Below, in pieces: positions 21,435 to 31,387 of a stretch of DNA of 64,000 nucleotides. The notes beneath the pieces were generated by a model. It saw only the letters and a program-made list of their open reading frames with translations. It did no database searches and was not told where the DNA came from. Made by a program: the position numbers and the translations under genes. Source of the stretch: Chloroflexota bacterium (GTDB lineage Bacteria; Chloroflexota; UBA11872; VXOZ01); NCBI GenBank assembly GCA_963662335.2, contig CAXXVD010000004.1, forward strand, positions 96,001 through 160,000, written 5' to 3'. How positions within the stretch are numbered: the stretch's first letter is position 1; the number at the start of each line of letters is the position of its first letter.

Positions 21435-21893
21435 ATGGACAAAGACGAACCCGCTACAGACGATGAATACGCCGACTCATCGGGACGCAGGCGGCGCGAA
21501 CGCGCCGGCTTCTCCGCAAGCGCCGTCGTGCGCGACGACGAGGCCGCCGACGCGTTTCATGACGATGCCATCGAGAGCCCGCGACGCATCTTCGTGTGCA
21601 TCGGCTCTTCTTGCAGCGAGCAGAAGAGCCGCGGCATCCTGACGGAGTTCAAGAAGCAGATCGAAAAGCACAACCTCAAGGACCGGGTTGATGTCTACAC
21701 CTCGACCTGCCTCAGTCAATGCCTGCGTGCCCCGGCGGTGCAAGTCTATCCCGAGGGTACCTTCTACTGCAAGATCTTGCCGCGCGACGTGCGCACCATC
21801 GTGGCGGAACACCTTGACAAGAACCGCGTCGTGGAACACTTCGTCCACGATCCCTTCGCGTCTATTCGCTGGAACGATGATATCGACTCCTGA
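21435..21893 (+). CDS. Thioredoxin-like (2Fe-2S) ferredoxin with acidic N-terminal extension
   Basis: IFVCIGSSC...TCLSQC...VQVYPEGTFY...IVAEHL. Confidence 0.85.
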   Translation: MDKDEPATDDEYADSSGRRRRERAGFSASAVVRDDEAADAFHDDAIESPRRIFVCIGSSCSEQKSRGILTEFKKQIEKHNLKDRVDVYTSTCLSQCLRAPAVQVYPEGTFYCKILPRDVRTIVAEHLDKNRVVEHFVHDPFASIRWNDDIDS

Positions 21894-23034
21894 CGCCATC
21901 CCCGTGATGCCCAGCTAGAGCATGCTCGACTTCCTCGCGCACACCGGCAGGCAATTCCTCCCGCAGCGCCTGCCGCAGGACTTCTGTGGCGGCTGATTCA
22001 CGGAACCGCCCTAGCGCCCAGGCCGCGTGCCCGCGCAGCATGGGCGGCTCGCCGACAGCGAGAAGCACCCGGCGCAGTGCCGGAATCGCCGCCGGGTCTC
22101 CGGCGTTGCCGAGGGCAACGATGGCATTGCGCCGCAGTCCCTGCCGCTTGGCGCGCATGAGCGGCGTGCCCTGAAAGCGGCGTGTAAACTCTGCTTCCGT
22201 AATCTCCAACAGCGGAAGCAGCGGAATGCTGGGGCCAACGCCGGGGCGCGGCAGAAAATCCTCGTCGGCGTCGGCGGGAGCGTAACGATTGACCGGGCAC
22301 ACCTCCTGGCAGATGTCGCAGCCAAAGACCCGGGTCCCCAGCCGCGCACGAAGCGCGCGCGGGATGCCGCCCCGGTTCTCGATCGTCAGATAGGCGATGC
22401 ACCGCCGCGCGTCGACCTGGTACGGCGCGACGATCGCGCCGGTAGGGCAGGCGTCGATGCAGCGCGTGCAACTGCCGCAGTTCTTCTTCAGCGGGGCATC
22501 GTACTCCAACGCGAGATCGGTGATCACCTCCGCCAGGAAGACCCACGTGCCCTGCTCCTCCGTCAGTATCATCGTGCTCTTGCCGTACCAACCGACGCCG
22601 GCGCGAAATGCCGCCGCCCGGTCGAGCACCGGCCCGGTATCCGCGAAGAAGCGCGCGGCGGCGTGCTTGGACTCGAGAAAGGCAACCAGTCTCCTGAGCC
22701 GCTTGCGCAGCACGTTGTGATAGTCCCGCCCCCAGGCGTAGCGCGACACGACGCCGTGGGGTTCACCGGGACGCGACGCATTCTGCGCACGCGCGTCCAC
22801 GTTGTACGGCAAGGCAAGGGCAATGATGGATTTTGCCTCGGCGAGCAGCCAGGCGGGCCGCGTGCCCCGCTCGACGCGCGCGGCAGTGTACCAGTTCATG
22901 CCCTCAAGGTGGCCGGCCTTGAGCCGCGCCAGAGCGGCGGCGCGAGTCTCCGTGAAGGGATGCGCGGGAGCGATGCCCACCGGCGTAAAGCCCAGTTCCC
23001 GCGCGTAGTCTACGATCTCCTGCGTTACCGACAT
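21862..23034 (-). CDS. queG: tRNA epoxyqueuosine(34) reductase
   Basis: SRYAWGRDYH, DTGPVLDR, CGSCTRCIDACPT, FGCDICQEVCP, C-terminal HEAT repeats. Confidence 0.96.
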   Translation of the reverse strand: MSVTQEIVDYARELGFTPVGIAPAHPFTETRAAALARLKAGHLEGMNWYTAARVERGTRPAWLLAEAKSIIALALPYNVDARAQNASRPGEPHGVVSRYAWGRDYHNVLRKRLRRLVAFLESKHAAARFFADTGPVLDRAAAFRAGVGWYGKSTMILTEEQGTWVFLAEVITDLALEYDAPLKKNCGSCTRCIDACPTGAIVAPYQVDARRCIAYLTIENRGGIPRALRARLGTRVFGCDICQEVCPVNRYAPADADEDFLPRPGVGPSIPLLPLLEITEAEFTRRFQGTPLMRAKRQGLRRNAIVALGNAGDPAAIPALRRVLLAVGEPPMLRGHAAWALGRFRESAATEVLRQALREELPAGVREEVEHALAGHHGDGVRSRYHRSSE

Positions 23035-23290
23035 GCCCGGCTCCGCTTGACATTCGACAGACGCCCACGCGGCTTGACCATTCGCCGCGTGCGTTTCGGC
23101 GCCGCGTTCACGTCATAGTGTAGCGCAGGCGGGCGCGGAGTTCTTCTTACGGCCTCGAGGGCCCGCTGCCTTCTGCCACCGTGCCCGGGTGCGGCGTGCC
23201 CGCAGGGGCGCACGGAAAAAACGATCACGAGAAACCCAGTCGCTGCGGGAAGAATAGAATGCGCGCCGGTCACGCGGAATAGAGCCAAAA

Positions 23291-23624
23291 GAGACCTTTG
23301 CATAACTCAAGCCGACAAACGAAATCACTCCCTCTCCCTGGGCTGACAAGGCTGTGTATTCTACAACCGACTTCACCTGTCATTCCGAACGGAGCGCAGC
23401 GGAGTGTCGAACCCTGTTCGCGGAATCTAGTGCACAGCCTTGCAAAGTCAGCATCTTTAGATTCCTCGCTGCGCTCGGAATGACATTTACCTACCCCTGT
23501 CAGCTCTCCCTGGGGAGAGGGCCGGGGTGAGGGGATCAATGGCGTGACAATACACGATAAGTAGTCGTAAAAGCGCTACTGGATTCCGGCTTCCGCCGGA
23601 ATGACGGAATTACGCAAGGGTCGC
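23291..23624. mobile_element. Putative non-autonomous MITE with IS5-family-like ends, containing nested repeats
   Basis: Imperfect inverted ends GAGACCTTTGCATAACTC (23291-23308) and GAATTACGCAAGGGTCGC (23607-23624), 14/18 complementary. No transposase ORF. Confidence 0.55.
23342..23504. mobile_element. 163-bp MITE inserted in a REP, with 9-bp target duplication
   Basis: Ends GCTGACAAGG and CCCTGTCAGC. Flanking direct repeat TCTCCCTGG at 23333-23341 and 23505-23513. Removal restores CTCCCTCTCCCTGGGGAGAGGGCCGGGGTGAGGGG. Confidence 0.75.
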
Positions 23625-23784
23625 CCCAGGGAGAGGGAGCAATTGCCTGTGGCGGCTCGGGTTACGGAAATGTCTCCAATAGGAGAAAGTTAGCAGAAAA
23701 TATCACGGCCTTCTCGGCTGCGAGAAGGGGCAGACCCGCGTCATACCGCCAAAAACCCGCAATTCAGAGAGCCATTATCCGGTC

Positions 23785-23860
23785 TTGTCGCCGCCGCCTG
23801 CCGCCGCTATAATTTCACGTGTGGATAAATGTGGGGAAAAGTGGGGTGAAGTGTGGAGAA
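23785..23860 (+). promoter_or_regulatory. dcw promoter and MraZ-binding boxes
   Basis: TTGTCG-17-TATAAT (23785-23813), then GTG(G) boxes at 10-bp spacing (23821, 23831, 23841, 23851), typical of MraZ operators. Confidence 0.8.
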
Positions 23861-23884
23861 GTCCCGCATTGTGGAAGGCCTGCC

Positions 23885-24316
23885 GTGTTCCTCGGTGAAT
23901 TTCAGCACACAGTGGACCAGAAGGGCCGCCTTGCCATCCCCGCCAAGTTCCGTGAAGCCCTGGCGGCCGGCGCGGTGGTCACCCGCGGTCTTGACAAGTG
24001 CCTTGTCATCTACCCGCGCGGCGAGTGGGACTCCCTTGCCGCGAAAGTGAGCCGCTTGCCGCAAACCCAGCCGCACGTCCGTACGCTCAGCCGCCTGCTC
24101 TTCTCCGGCGCGGTGGATTTTACGCTTGACAGCCAAGGGCGCACGCTGCTGCCCCAGTACCTGCGCGCGTACGCCGCCATAACGACCGACGTGGCGGTCA
24201 TTGGTCTCCACCAGCGTATCGAGGTGTGGGGACTCGAAGCGTGGAACGCCGTCAAAGCCGCTACCGAGGCGGACGGCGGCAGTCTGGCCGAACAACTCGC
24301 GGACCTCGGCATCTGA
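23885..24316 (+). CDS. mraZ: Division/cell-wall cluster regulator MraZ
   Basis: FLGEFQHTVDQKGRLAIPAKFR, LDSQGR, RIEVW. Confidence 0.97.
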   Translation: MFLGEFQHTVDQKGRLAIPAKFREALAAGAVVTRGLDKCLVIYPRGEWDSLAAKVSRLPQTQPHVRTLSRLLFSGAVDFTLDSQGRTLLPQYLRAYAAITTDVAVIGLHQRIEVWGLEAWNAVKAATEADGGSLAEQLADLGI

Positions 24317-24429
24317 ACCGATCCTCCAGCAGGCAAAAGGCACGCTGCCATGCCGCGCGGTTCCCAGCGTCGAACGCGCCCGGCCGCTCCTCTTCCGCCA
24401 GGTTGCCTTGCGGCGTAAGGATACGTCTC

Positions 24430-25371
24430 GTGTCGTCACAGGACCTGCCCAGCCATACACCGGTCCTCCTCTCGCAGGTGCTTGCCGGGCTCCAGGCGAG
24501 CAAAGGGGGACGCTTCATCGACTGTACCACAAACGGCGGCGGGCACGCGGAGGCGATCCTCTCCCACAGCACGCCTACCGGGCGTTTGCTCGGGCTGGAC
24601 GTTGACCCCCAGGCGCTGGCGCGCTGCCGGCTGCGCATCCGAGTCTTTGGCAACCGGATAGAGTTGCTGCAACGCAACTTCGGCGAGTTACGCGCAGCCG
24701 CCGCGCACGTCGGGTTTGGCAAGGCCCATGGGATTGTGTTCGATCTCGGCCTGTCGTCACTGCAGATAGCGGATCCGCGGCGCGGCTTCTCTTGGCAGCG
24801 AGCAGGCCCGCTCGACATGCGTATGGATCCGACCCAGCGCCTCACCGCGGCGACGATCGTGAACACCTGGCGTCAGGAAGAGCTTGCCAATCTCTTCTGG
24901 GAGTATGGGGAAGAACGCCACGCGCGCCGCATCGCGCGGCGCATCGTCGAGCGGCGGCGTACGCAGCCGCTGGCGACGGTAGCGGACTTGGCGGAAATCG
25001 CCCGCGCGGCCTATGGCAAAGGCCGGCGCCGCATCCATCCGGCAACGCGGACGTTCCAGGCCTTGCGCATTGCCGTGAACCGGGAACTTGAGCATCTGCA
25101 AACCGCTTTGGAGCAGGCGCGCGACCTCCTGCTGCACGGCGGGCGCTTGGTGGTGATTGCCTTCCACAGCCTGGAAGACCGCATCGTAAAGGGCTTCATG
25201 CGGCGCGCCGCCGGCACGTGCATCTGCCCCGCGGGTGTGCCGGACTGCGTCTGCAACCCCCGCGAGACGCTGCGGGTGCTCACGCGAAAGCCCATCCGCC
25301 CGGACAGGGCGGAAATCGCGCGCAATCCGCGCAGCCGCAGCGCGCGCCTGCGCATAGCCGAGCGTATCTAG
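24430..25371 (+). CDS. rsmH: 16S rRNA m4C1402 methyltransferase
   Basis: HTPVLL, DCTTNGGGH, DLGLSS, PLDMRMD, TFQALRIAVN, FHSLEDRIVK, NPRSRSA. Confidence 0.97.
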   Translation: MSSQDLPSHTPVLLSQVLAGLQASKGGRFIDCTTNGGGHAEAILSHSTPTGRLLGLDVDPQALARCRLRIRVFGNRIELLQRNFGELRAAAAHVGFGKAHGIVFDLGLSSLQIADPRRGFSWQRAGPLDMRMDPTQRLTAATIVNTWRQEELANLFWEYGEERHARRIARRIVERRRTQPLATVADLAEIARAAYGKGRRRIHPATRTFQALRIAVNRELEHLQTALEQARDLLLHGGRLVVIAFHSLEDRIVKGFMRRAAGTCICPAGVPDCVCNPRETLRVLTRKPIRPDRAEIARNPRSRSARLRIAERI

Positions 25372-25388
25372 CAGTCCAGGAGCGACAC

Positions 25389-25952
25389 GTGGCGCAGCCA
25401 GAAACTGCCGACCTCGCCAAAGGCGCAGACTTCGCCGAGGGCGCAGATTTCGTCGCAGACGCCGACGTTGCCGCGGACGCGCGGCCGCGGCCGGCCAGGC
25501 GGGCCGCCGGCGCCGAGCGCCGGCCGTGGTACTACGAATTGAGCCCGCTGGTGGCGTTGGACATGGGCATCCTCGTGCTCTTCTTGGTCGCCATGCTCTA
25601 TCTGATGCCCACCGGACAGGTAGCGGACGCGAGTTTCCGCATCCAGTATTTGGAGCGGCGCATAGCGCAAATCGAACGCGAGAACCAGTCGCTGCGCATG
25701 AAGATCGCCCAAGCCGGCGACCTGCGCGCGCTCGAAGCGGCCGCCAGGAAGCGGTATGGTATGGTCCCGGCGCGGTACGTGCACTTCGCGCACGTGCCGG
25801 CAAGCGCCCAGCAATTGCAAGCGCCGCCGGATGGCGGCGTAGCGGAGGAACAATACCCCTTCAGCAGCCGCTGGGACATCGCTCGCGAACAGTTCCGCGA
25901 CCTCATCGGCGGCAGCGCGCCGTCTGCTGAGGAGGGCGCCGATGCCCCGTGA
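25389..25952 (+). CDS. ftsL: FtsL-like cell division protein
   Basis: Lies between rsmH and the PBP. Single TM helix, then coiled coil and AARKRYGMVP. Confidence 0.75.
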   Translation: MAQPETADLAKGADFAEGADFVADADVAADARPRPARRAAGAERRPWYYELSPLVALDMGILVLFLVAMLYLMPTGQVADASFRIQYLERRIAQIERENQSLRMKIAQAGDLRALEAAARKRYGMVPARYVHFAHVPASAQQLQAPPDGGVAEEQYPFSSRWDIAREQFRDLIGGSAPSAEEGADAP

Positions 25953-27711
25953 AACCGTCCGGGCCGCGCACGTTCGCGTTATACAAGCCATCGCGATGCT
26001 TGGCGCTCTTCTCGTGGCGCTTTCGCTCGTGTGGTTGCAGGCCATCGAGAGCGAAGCGTTGTCCGCGCGGGCGCAGGCGCAATACCAGGATGACATACAG
26101 ATTCTGCCCGAGCGCGGCAATATCCTGGACGCGAACCACGCCCTGCTGGCAACCGCAACGTACCGCGACAACGTGGAGGCAGCGCCGAACGCCGTGCGCG
26201 GCAGCGGCATGCCCGTGCAGGCAATGGCGCGCGACCTGGCGCCGCTTCTGGGCAAGTCCGAGGGGGAGATCGCCGCGCTGCTCGACCAGCCGGACAAGCG
26301 CTACACGCTGCTGGCGAAGGGCGTGACGCCGGCCGTTAGCGATCGTGTAAAGGAGCTCATCCGAGAAGGGAGAGCGCCCGGCATCACCCTGGCGCCCATG
26401 GCGCACCGCACCTATCCGCTCGGCATGCTCGCGGCGCACGCGCTCGGGTTCTACAGCCAGAGCGGCAGCGGCCAGTACGGATTGGAAGGGTATTACGAGG
26501 CGTTGCTGCGGGGAGAGCCGGGCAGGCGGCTGAGTTACGGCGCGCCGTTCAGCAAGGAAACCGGCGGCGTATCCCAAGTATTGCAGCCCGCGGAACCGGG
26601 GGCGGACTTGGTGCTCACGCTGGATAGCGCCGTGCAGCACGTCGTGGAGCGGGAACTGGAAGCGGCGCTCGAGCGCTTCGGCGCGTCGAGCGGTTCCGTA
26701 ATCGTCATGGACCCCAAGACCGGCGGGATCATCGCGATGGCCAGCCGGCCCACGTACGACTCCAACGCCTATCAAGAGGCGCACAGTCCGGATGGCGACG
26801 CCTTTGCCAACCCCATCATCAGCCAGGTCTATGAGCCCGGCTCCACGTTCAAGGTCATCACGCTGGCCGCGGCTCTCGACTCCGGCCGCATCTCGCCGCA
26901 CACCGCCTACTACGACGGCGGCTCTATCCGCTACGGCGGTGAGGAGTTCAGCAACTGGGACGGCAAAGGCCACGGCCAGAGCGACATCACCGACCTGATC
27001 GCGCATTCGAGCAACGTCGGCGCGGTCTTCGTGGGCAGCCAATTGGGCAAGGAGTTCTTCTACGAGTACGTGGCCGCCTTCGGCTTTGGGACGCCAACGG
27101 GTGTCGATCTGTGGGGCGAAGTGAGCGGTTTCGTGCCCAATCCCGATTCACGGACCTGGTATCCCTCCAGCCTCGCCACCAACGCCTTCGGCCAGGGCAT
27201 CGCCGTGACGCCGCTCCAGCTTGTCACCGCAGTCTCCGCCATCGTGAACGACGGCGTGCTGATGCGGCCGCACCTGGTCCAGGAGATACACACGCCCGAA
27301 GGAGTCCGGCGTGTCGAACCCATGGCCGTGCGCCGCGTCGTCCGCCCAGAGACCGCGCGCACGCTCCTCGCGATGCTCGTGGAGGCGAGCACGCGCTCCG
27401 AGAGCAGCATGCACCTGATCGAGGGGTACACCGTTGCCGGGAAGACCGGCACGGCCTCTATCCCACTGGAAACCGGCGGCTACGACCAGGAGTTCACGAT
27501 TGCCTCGTACGTGGGGTTCGGCCCCGTGGAAGACCCGCGCTTTGTAATCCTGGTGAAGATCGACCGTCCGACCGTGGAGCCCTGGGGCTCGCTCGTGGCC
27601 GCGCCGGTGTTCCGGGCCGTCGCTTCCGAACTCTTCCTCTACTATCACATTCCGCCTTCAACCGCCGCGCAGACCCTGGTCAAGCGCGAGAACGTAGGCC
27701 AACGCCAATGA
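25942..27711 (+). CDS. ftsI: Class B penicillin-binding protein (FtsI)
   Basis: PERGNILD, RTYP, YEPGSTFK (SxxK), SSN, AGKTGTA. Confidence 0.93.
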   Translation: MPRETVRAAHVRVIQAIAMLGALLVALSLVWLQAIESEALSARAQAQYQDDIQILPERGNILDANHALLATATYRDNVEAAPNAVRGSGMPVQAMARDLAPLLGKSEGEIAALLDQPDKRYTLLAKGVTPAVSDRVKELIREGRAPGITLAPMAHRTYPLGMLAAHALGFYSQSGSGQYGLEGYYEALLRGEPGRRLSYGAPFSKETGGVSQVLQPAEPGADLVLTLDSAVQHVVERELEAALERFGASSGSVIVMDPKTGGIIAMASRPTYDSNAYQEAHSPDGDAFANPIISQVYEPGSTFKVITLAAALDSGRISPHTAYYDGGSIRYGGEEFSNWDGKGHGQSDITDLIAHSSNVGAVFVGSQLGKEFFYEYVAAFGFGTPTGVDLWGEVSGFVPNPDSRTWYPSSLATNAFGQGIAVTPLQLVTAVSAIVNDGVLMRPHLVQEIHTPEGVRRVEPMAVRRVVRPETARTLLAMLVEASTRSESSMHLIEGYTVAGKTGTASIPLETGGYDQEFTIASYVGFGPVEDPRFVILVKIDRPTVEPWGSLVAAPVFRAVASELFLYYHIPPSTAAQTLVKRENVGQRQ

Positions 27712-28955
27712 TACGCATCCTGCCGCGAGCTATATCCGCGCCCGCGACTGACGACGCGCAGCGGGTGCGCTGGCCGGACGTGCCGCTAACGGTGCTCGTC
27801 CTAGCGCTGCCCCTCGTCGGGTTGCTGGCCGTCTATAGCGCGAGCATTGCCGTTGCCTATGCGGAAACCGGCGACCCGCACTACTACTTTCGGCGTCAAA
27901 TCATGTACTTCGTCGTCGGCCTGGCGGCGGCATTCATGCTGGTGCGCCTTGACTATCACTGGCTTGAGCGCATCCAGATTTGCGGAATCAACCTCACCTT
28001 CTGGCTGTTGGCCGGCATAGTGCTTCTGCTGGTGTTGATGGCCGTTACCGACATCAGCCACGTGGCGCGCGGCTCAGCGCGTTGGATTCGCCTGGGGCCG
28101 GTGAGCATGCAACCCAGTGAATTCGCCAAGCCGGTCATTGCGCTCTATCTGGCTCAGCTTCTGGCCAAACGCGAACCGGGGAGGAACGCCTACCTCTACT
28201 TCCTGCTCCCGATCGGCATCCTTGCCGTGGTCGCCGCCCTGGTGGCGCAGCAGCCGGACCTTGGCACTGCGCTGATGCTCGCCCTCATCGGCCTCTCGAT
28301 TCTCATCAGCGCGCGCATCCCCGTCCTCTACCTGCTTGGCTTGTTTGCCACCGTGCCCCTCGCGGTGTGGTACGCCGTCACCATGTATCCCTACCGCGTA
28401 CAACGGCTCACCGCCTTTCTGGATCCGCTCAATCCGGCGTACCAGGATAACGTCGGCCACCACATGTACCAGATCTTCCTCGCTTTCGGCTCAGGCGGCA
28501 TTAGCGGCGTCGGCCTCGGCCGGGGCATGCAGAAGTTCTTCTACATGCCGGAGCCGCACACGGACAGCATCTACGCCGTCATCGGCGAAGAGTTGGGGCT
28601 CATCGGCACGTTGGCGGTGTTGATCCTCTTCGTGCTGCTTGCCTGGCGCGGATTCAGCATCGCGGCCCACGCGCCGGACATGTTCGGCCAGTTGCTCGCC
28701 CTCGGACTCACGTGCGGGCTCTTTGGACAGGCGCTCCTCAACATGGCGGTTGTGACCGGCTTGGTGCCCTTTACGGGCATCCCGCTCCCCTTCGTGAGCG
28801 CCGGCGGCTCCTCGCTGCTCGCGAGTTCAATCGCCATGGGCTTGCTCCTGAACATCTCAACCCAGACCGTCAAGGCGCCCAAACGGAAACGCGAGCGCCG
28901 CTGGAATAGCGGACCGGATAAGTCGGCTGCGCGGCAGTCTCCGCGCGGCAGCTAG
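27708..28955 (+). CDS. ftsW: SEDS peptidoglycan polymerase FtsW
   Basis: GSARWIRLG, QPSEFAK, QPDLGT, PEPHTD, GIPLPFVSAGGSS. Confidence 0.96.
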   Translation: MIRILPRAISAPATDDAQRVRWPDVPLTVLVLALPLVGLLAVYSASIAVAYAETGDPHYYFRRQIMYFVVGLAAAFMLVRLDYHWLERIQICGINLTFWLLAGIVLLLVLMAVTDISHVARGSARWIRLGPVSMQPSEFAKPVIALYLAQLLAKREPGRNAYLYFLLPIGILAVVAALVAQQPDLGTALMLALIGLSILISARIPVLYLLGLFATVPLAVWYAVTMYPYRVQRLTAFLDPLNPAYQDNVGHHMYQIFLAFGSGGISGVGLGRGMQKFFYMPEPHTDSIYAVIGEELGLIGTLAVLILFVLLAWRGFSIAAHAPDMFGQLLALGLTCGLFGQALLNMAVVTGLVPFTGIPLPFVSAGGSSLLASSIAMGLLLNISTQTVKAPKRKRERRWNSGPDKSAARQSPRGS

Positions 28956-28966
28956 AGGACAACGGC

Positions 28967-30412
28967 GTGAACGCTCACGAATTGCACAAGTTTCTGCAAA
29001 TCGGCCCGCGCAGGGTACACCTGGTCGGCGTGGGCGGCGCCGCCATGTCCGGCTTGGCGCGCATATTCGCGTTGCAAGGCCATAGCGTCAGCGGCTCGGA
29101 CGCGGCTGACTCGCCTGCCCTCGCCGCATTGCACGCTCAGGGCGTTGCCGTGGCGCTTGGGCACGCGGCCGCCAACGCGGCCGGCGCCGAACTGGTGGTA
29201 TACAGTTCGGCAATAGCGGCCGATAATCCCGTACTCGCCGCCGCCGCGCAACAGGGCGTGCCCGCGGTCAAGCGCGCGGTCGTCCAAGGCGCGTTCACGC
29301 TTGGCAAGACCACGATCGCCGTAGCCGGCGCCCACGGCAAGACCACCACCAGCGCCATGCTCGCGCACGCATTGCGCTTCACGCAGCACGACCCGTCCTA
29401 CATGATAGGCGGCGATCCGCTGAACGCGCCCCACGGCTCCCATTGGGGAACGGGCGCACTCCTGGTTGTGGAGGCCGATGAATTCGACCGCGCCTTTCTC
29501 GAGCTCTACCCAACCGTCGCCGTCATAACGGCGGTCGAAGCCGATCATCTCGACACTTACGGCACCGTAGACAGTCTCGAAAGCGCCTATCGCGCGTTCG
29601 TAAACAGGCTGCCCCGCGACGGAACCGTGGCGATTCATGCGGATAGCGCCGCGTGCCGGCGCGCCGCCGCGGACGCCGAATCCGCCGGGGACGCTGCCGC
29701 CGAGCGGAGAATCGCGACCTGGTCCCTGCGCGGCAACGCCGACTGGGTGTGCAGAGAGGTCACGCCGCTGCCCGGCCACGGCATCGAAGCGGAGATCCAG
29801 AGCGCCGCCGGCGAACGCCGCCGCCTCGCGCTCGCCGTGCCCGGCGTTCACAACGTCTTGAACGCCTTGGCGTGCATAACGGCGCTGGACGCGCTTGGGG
29901 TGCCGGCCGCTGCGGTCACGCGGGCGCTGAGCCACTTCCGGGGCGTCCGCCGCCGCTTCGAGATGCGCGGCTGCGCCGGCGGTGTCACCGTCGTCGACGA
30001 CTATGCGCACCACCCCACCGCGGTCCGCGCGTCCCTGCGCGCCGCCCGCGAGTGGCACGCCGGGCGCATCGTCTGCGTCTATCAACCGCACCTGCGCAGC
30101 CGCACGGCCGACCTCTTCAGCGAGTTCAGCACGGCGTTTCGCGGCGCGGACGCACTTATACTGCAAGAGATCTACCAGCCGGCCGGACGGGATGAGCCGC
30201 TCACGCTTTCAAGCGCCGACCTGGCCGACGCTATCGACAAACCGAGCGGCGCTCAGTATGCCGCCACTCTCACCGACGCGCTGGCGCAGGTCATGCGCGT
30301 CGTGGCACCCGGCGATCTCGTGATAGTGATGGGCGCCGGCGACGTCACGCTCCTGTGCGACCCGCTCCTCGAATCCTTGCGCTCGAGTCGGCCGGTAGGA
30401 AGAACGTCATGA
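28967..30412 (+). CDS. murC: UDP-N-acetylmuramate--L-alanine ligase
   Basis: VGVGGAAMSGLA, GAHGKTTT, EADEFD, DDYAHHPT, MGAGDV. Confidence 0.96.
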   Translation: MNAHELHKFLQIGPRRVHLVGVGGAAMSGLARIFALQGHSVSGSDAADSPALAALHAQGVAVALGHAAANAAGAELVVYSSAIAADNPVLAAAAQQGVPAVKRAVVQGAFTLGKTTIAVAGAHGKTTTSAMLAHALRFTQHDPSYMIGGDPLNAPHGSHWGTGALLVVEADEFDRAFLELYPTVAVITAVEADHLDTYGTVDSLESAYRAFVNRLPRDGTVAIHADSAACRRAAADAESAGDAAAERRIATWSLRGNADWVCREVTPLPGHGIEAEIQSAAGERRRLALAVPGVHNVLNALACITALDALGVPAAAVTRALSHFRGVRRRFEMRGCAGGVTVVDDYAHHPTAVRASLRAAREWHAGRIVCVYQPHLRSRTADLFSEFSTAFRGADALILQEIYQPAGRDEPLTLSSADLADAIDKPSGAQYAATLTDALAQVMRVVAPGDLVIVMGAGDVTLLCDPLLESLRSSRPVGRTS

Positions 30413-31383
30413 CCGCCAACACCGCACAGCGCGCAGGCGCGCCGCACGGCAAGCAATGTGCCGAAAATCTGGCGGAAATTGCCGCTATGGCCGCGAGTCC
30501 GCGCCTCCGGCTAAGGCCGGCGTGGCAGGAACCAATGGCCAAGCATACGTCCGTGCGGGTAGGCGGCCCAGCGGATCTGCTTATCCGGGTGCGTTCCCGG
30601 CAGGGGTTGCGCGCCATTGCCGCCGCGGCCTACCGGCAGTCCCTGCCCTTCCGCGTAATGGGAGACGGCACGAATCTCATTGCCGCGGCGGCGGGTATTC
30701 GCGGGTTGGTAATCCGCAACCACGGCGGCGAGCGGCATCGCTGCGCCGACGGCGTCTCAATCTGGGCCGATGCGGGATGTTCCCTCATCAGCACCGCCCG
30801 CTGGGCCGCCGGCATGGGTCTCTCCGGCTTGGAAGGCGCCGCCACCATTCCCGGCACGGTAGGCGGCGCGGTGGTAAACAACGCCGGGGCGTACGGCTGG
30901 ACCGCGGCGGATTCCGTCACGCGCATCAAGGTGCTCGATCGCCACGGCGAACGCTGGATGGAGCGCGCTGAAATGCGCTACGCCTACCGCACGAGCGCCA
31001 TCAAGGAACGGCCGGGGTACGCCGTGGTGCTGGGCGCGGAGATGTTGCTCACGCCAGGCGACGCGCACCGCATTCTCGCCGCGGTGGATGAGCGCTTGCA
31101 GACCCGCCACCGCACGCAGCCTACCGCTCCCAGTTCGGGTTCGGTCTTTCGGAATCCACCCGCTCGCAGCGCATGGGAACTCATCGACCGGGCCGGAATG
31201 CGCGGCAAGGCAGTAGGTGGAGCGTACGTTTCGCACAAGCACGCAAACTTCATCATCAACGACGGCACGGCCACGGCAAACGACGTCCAGGCGTTGGTGC
31301 AAGCAGTCGAGGAGGCGGTACGCTCCCGCTTGCACGTCGAGTTGCAACGTGAAGTCGAGTTCATCGGGTCGTGGGAGCGGTAG
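30409..31383 (+). CDS. murB: UDP-N-acetylmuramate dehydrogenase
   Basis: HTSVRVGGPA, IPGTVGGAVVNNAGAYG, SSGSVFRNP, KHANFIIN, LQREV. Start uncertain. Confidence 0.95.
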   Translation: MTANTAQRAGAPHGKQCAENLAEIAAMAASPRLRLRPAWQEPMAKHTSVRVGGPADLLIRVRSRQGLRAIAAAAYRQSLPFRVMGDGTNLIAAAAGIRGLVIRNHGGERHRCADGVSIWADAGCSLISTARWAAGMGLSGLEGAATIPGTVGGAVVNNAGAYGWTAADSVTRIKVLDRHGERWMERAEMRYAYRTSAIKERPGYAVVLGAEMLLTPGDAHRILAAVDERLQTRHRTQPTAPSSGSVFRNPPARSAWELIDRAGMRGKAVGGAYVSHKHANFIINDGTATANDVQALVQAVEEAVRSRLHVELQREVEFIGSWER

Positions 31384-31387
31384 GCCG

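Noticed and set aside
23170-23225. CCGTGC...GCACGG hairpin followed by an A run as a terminator
   Set aside because: No U tract follows the hairpin on either strand.
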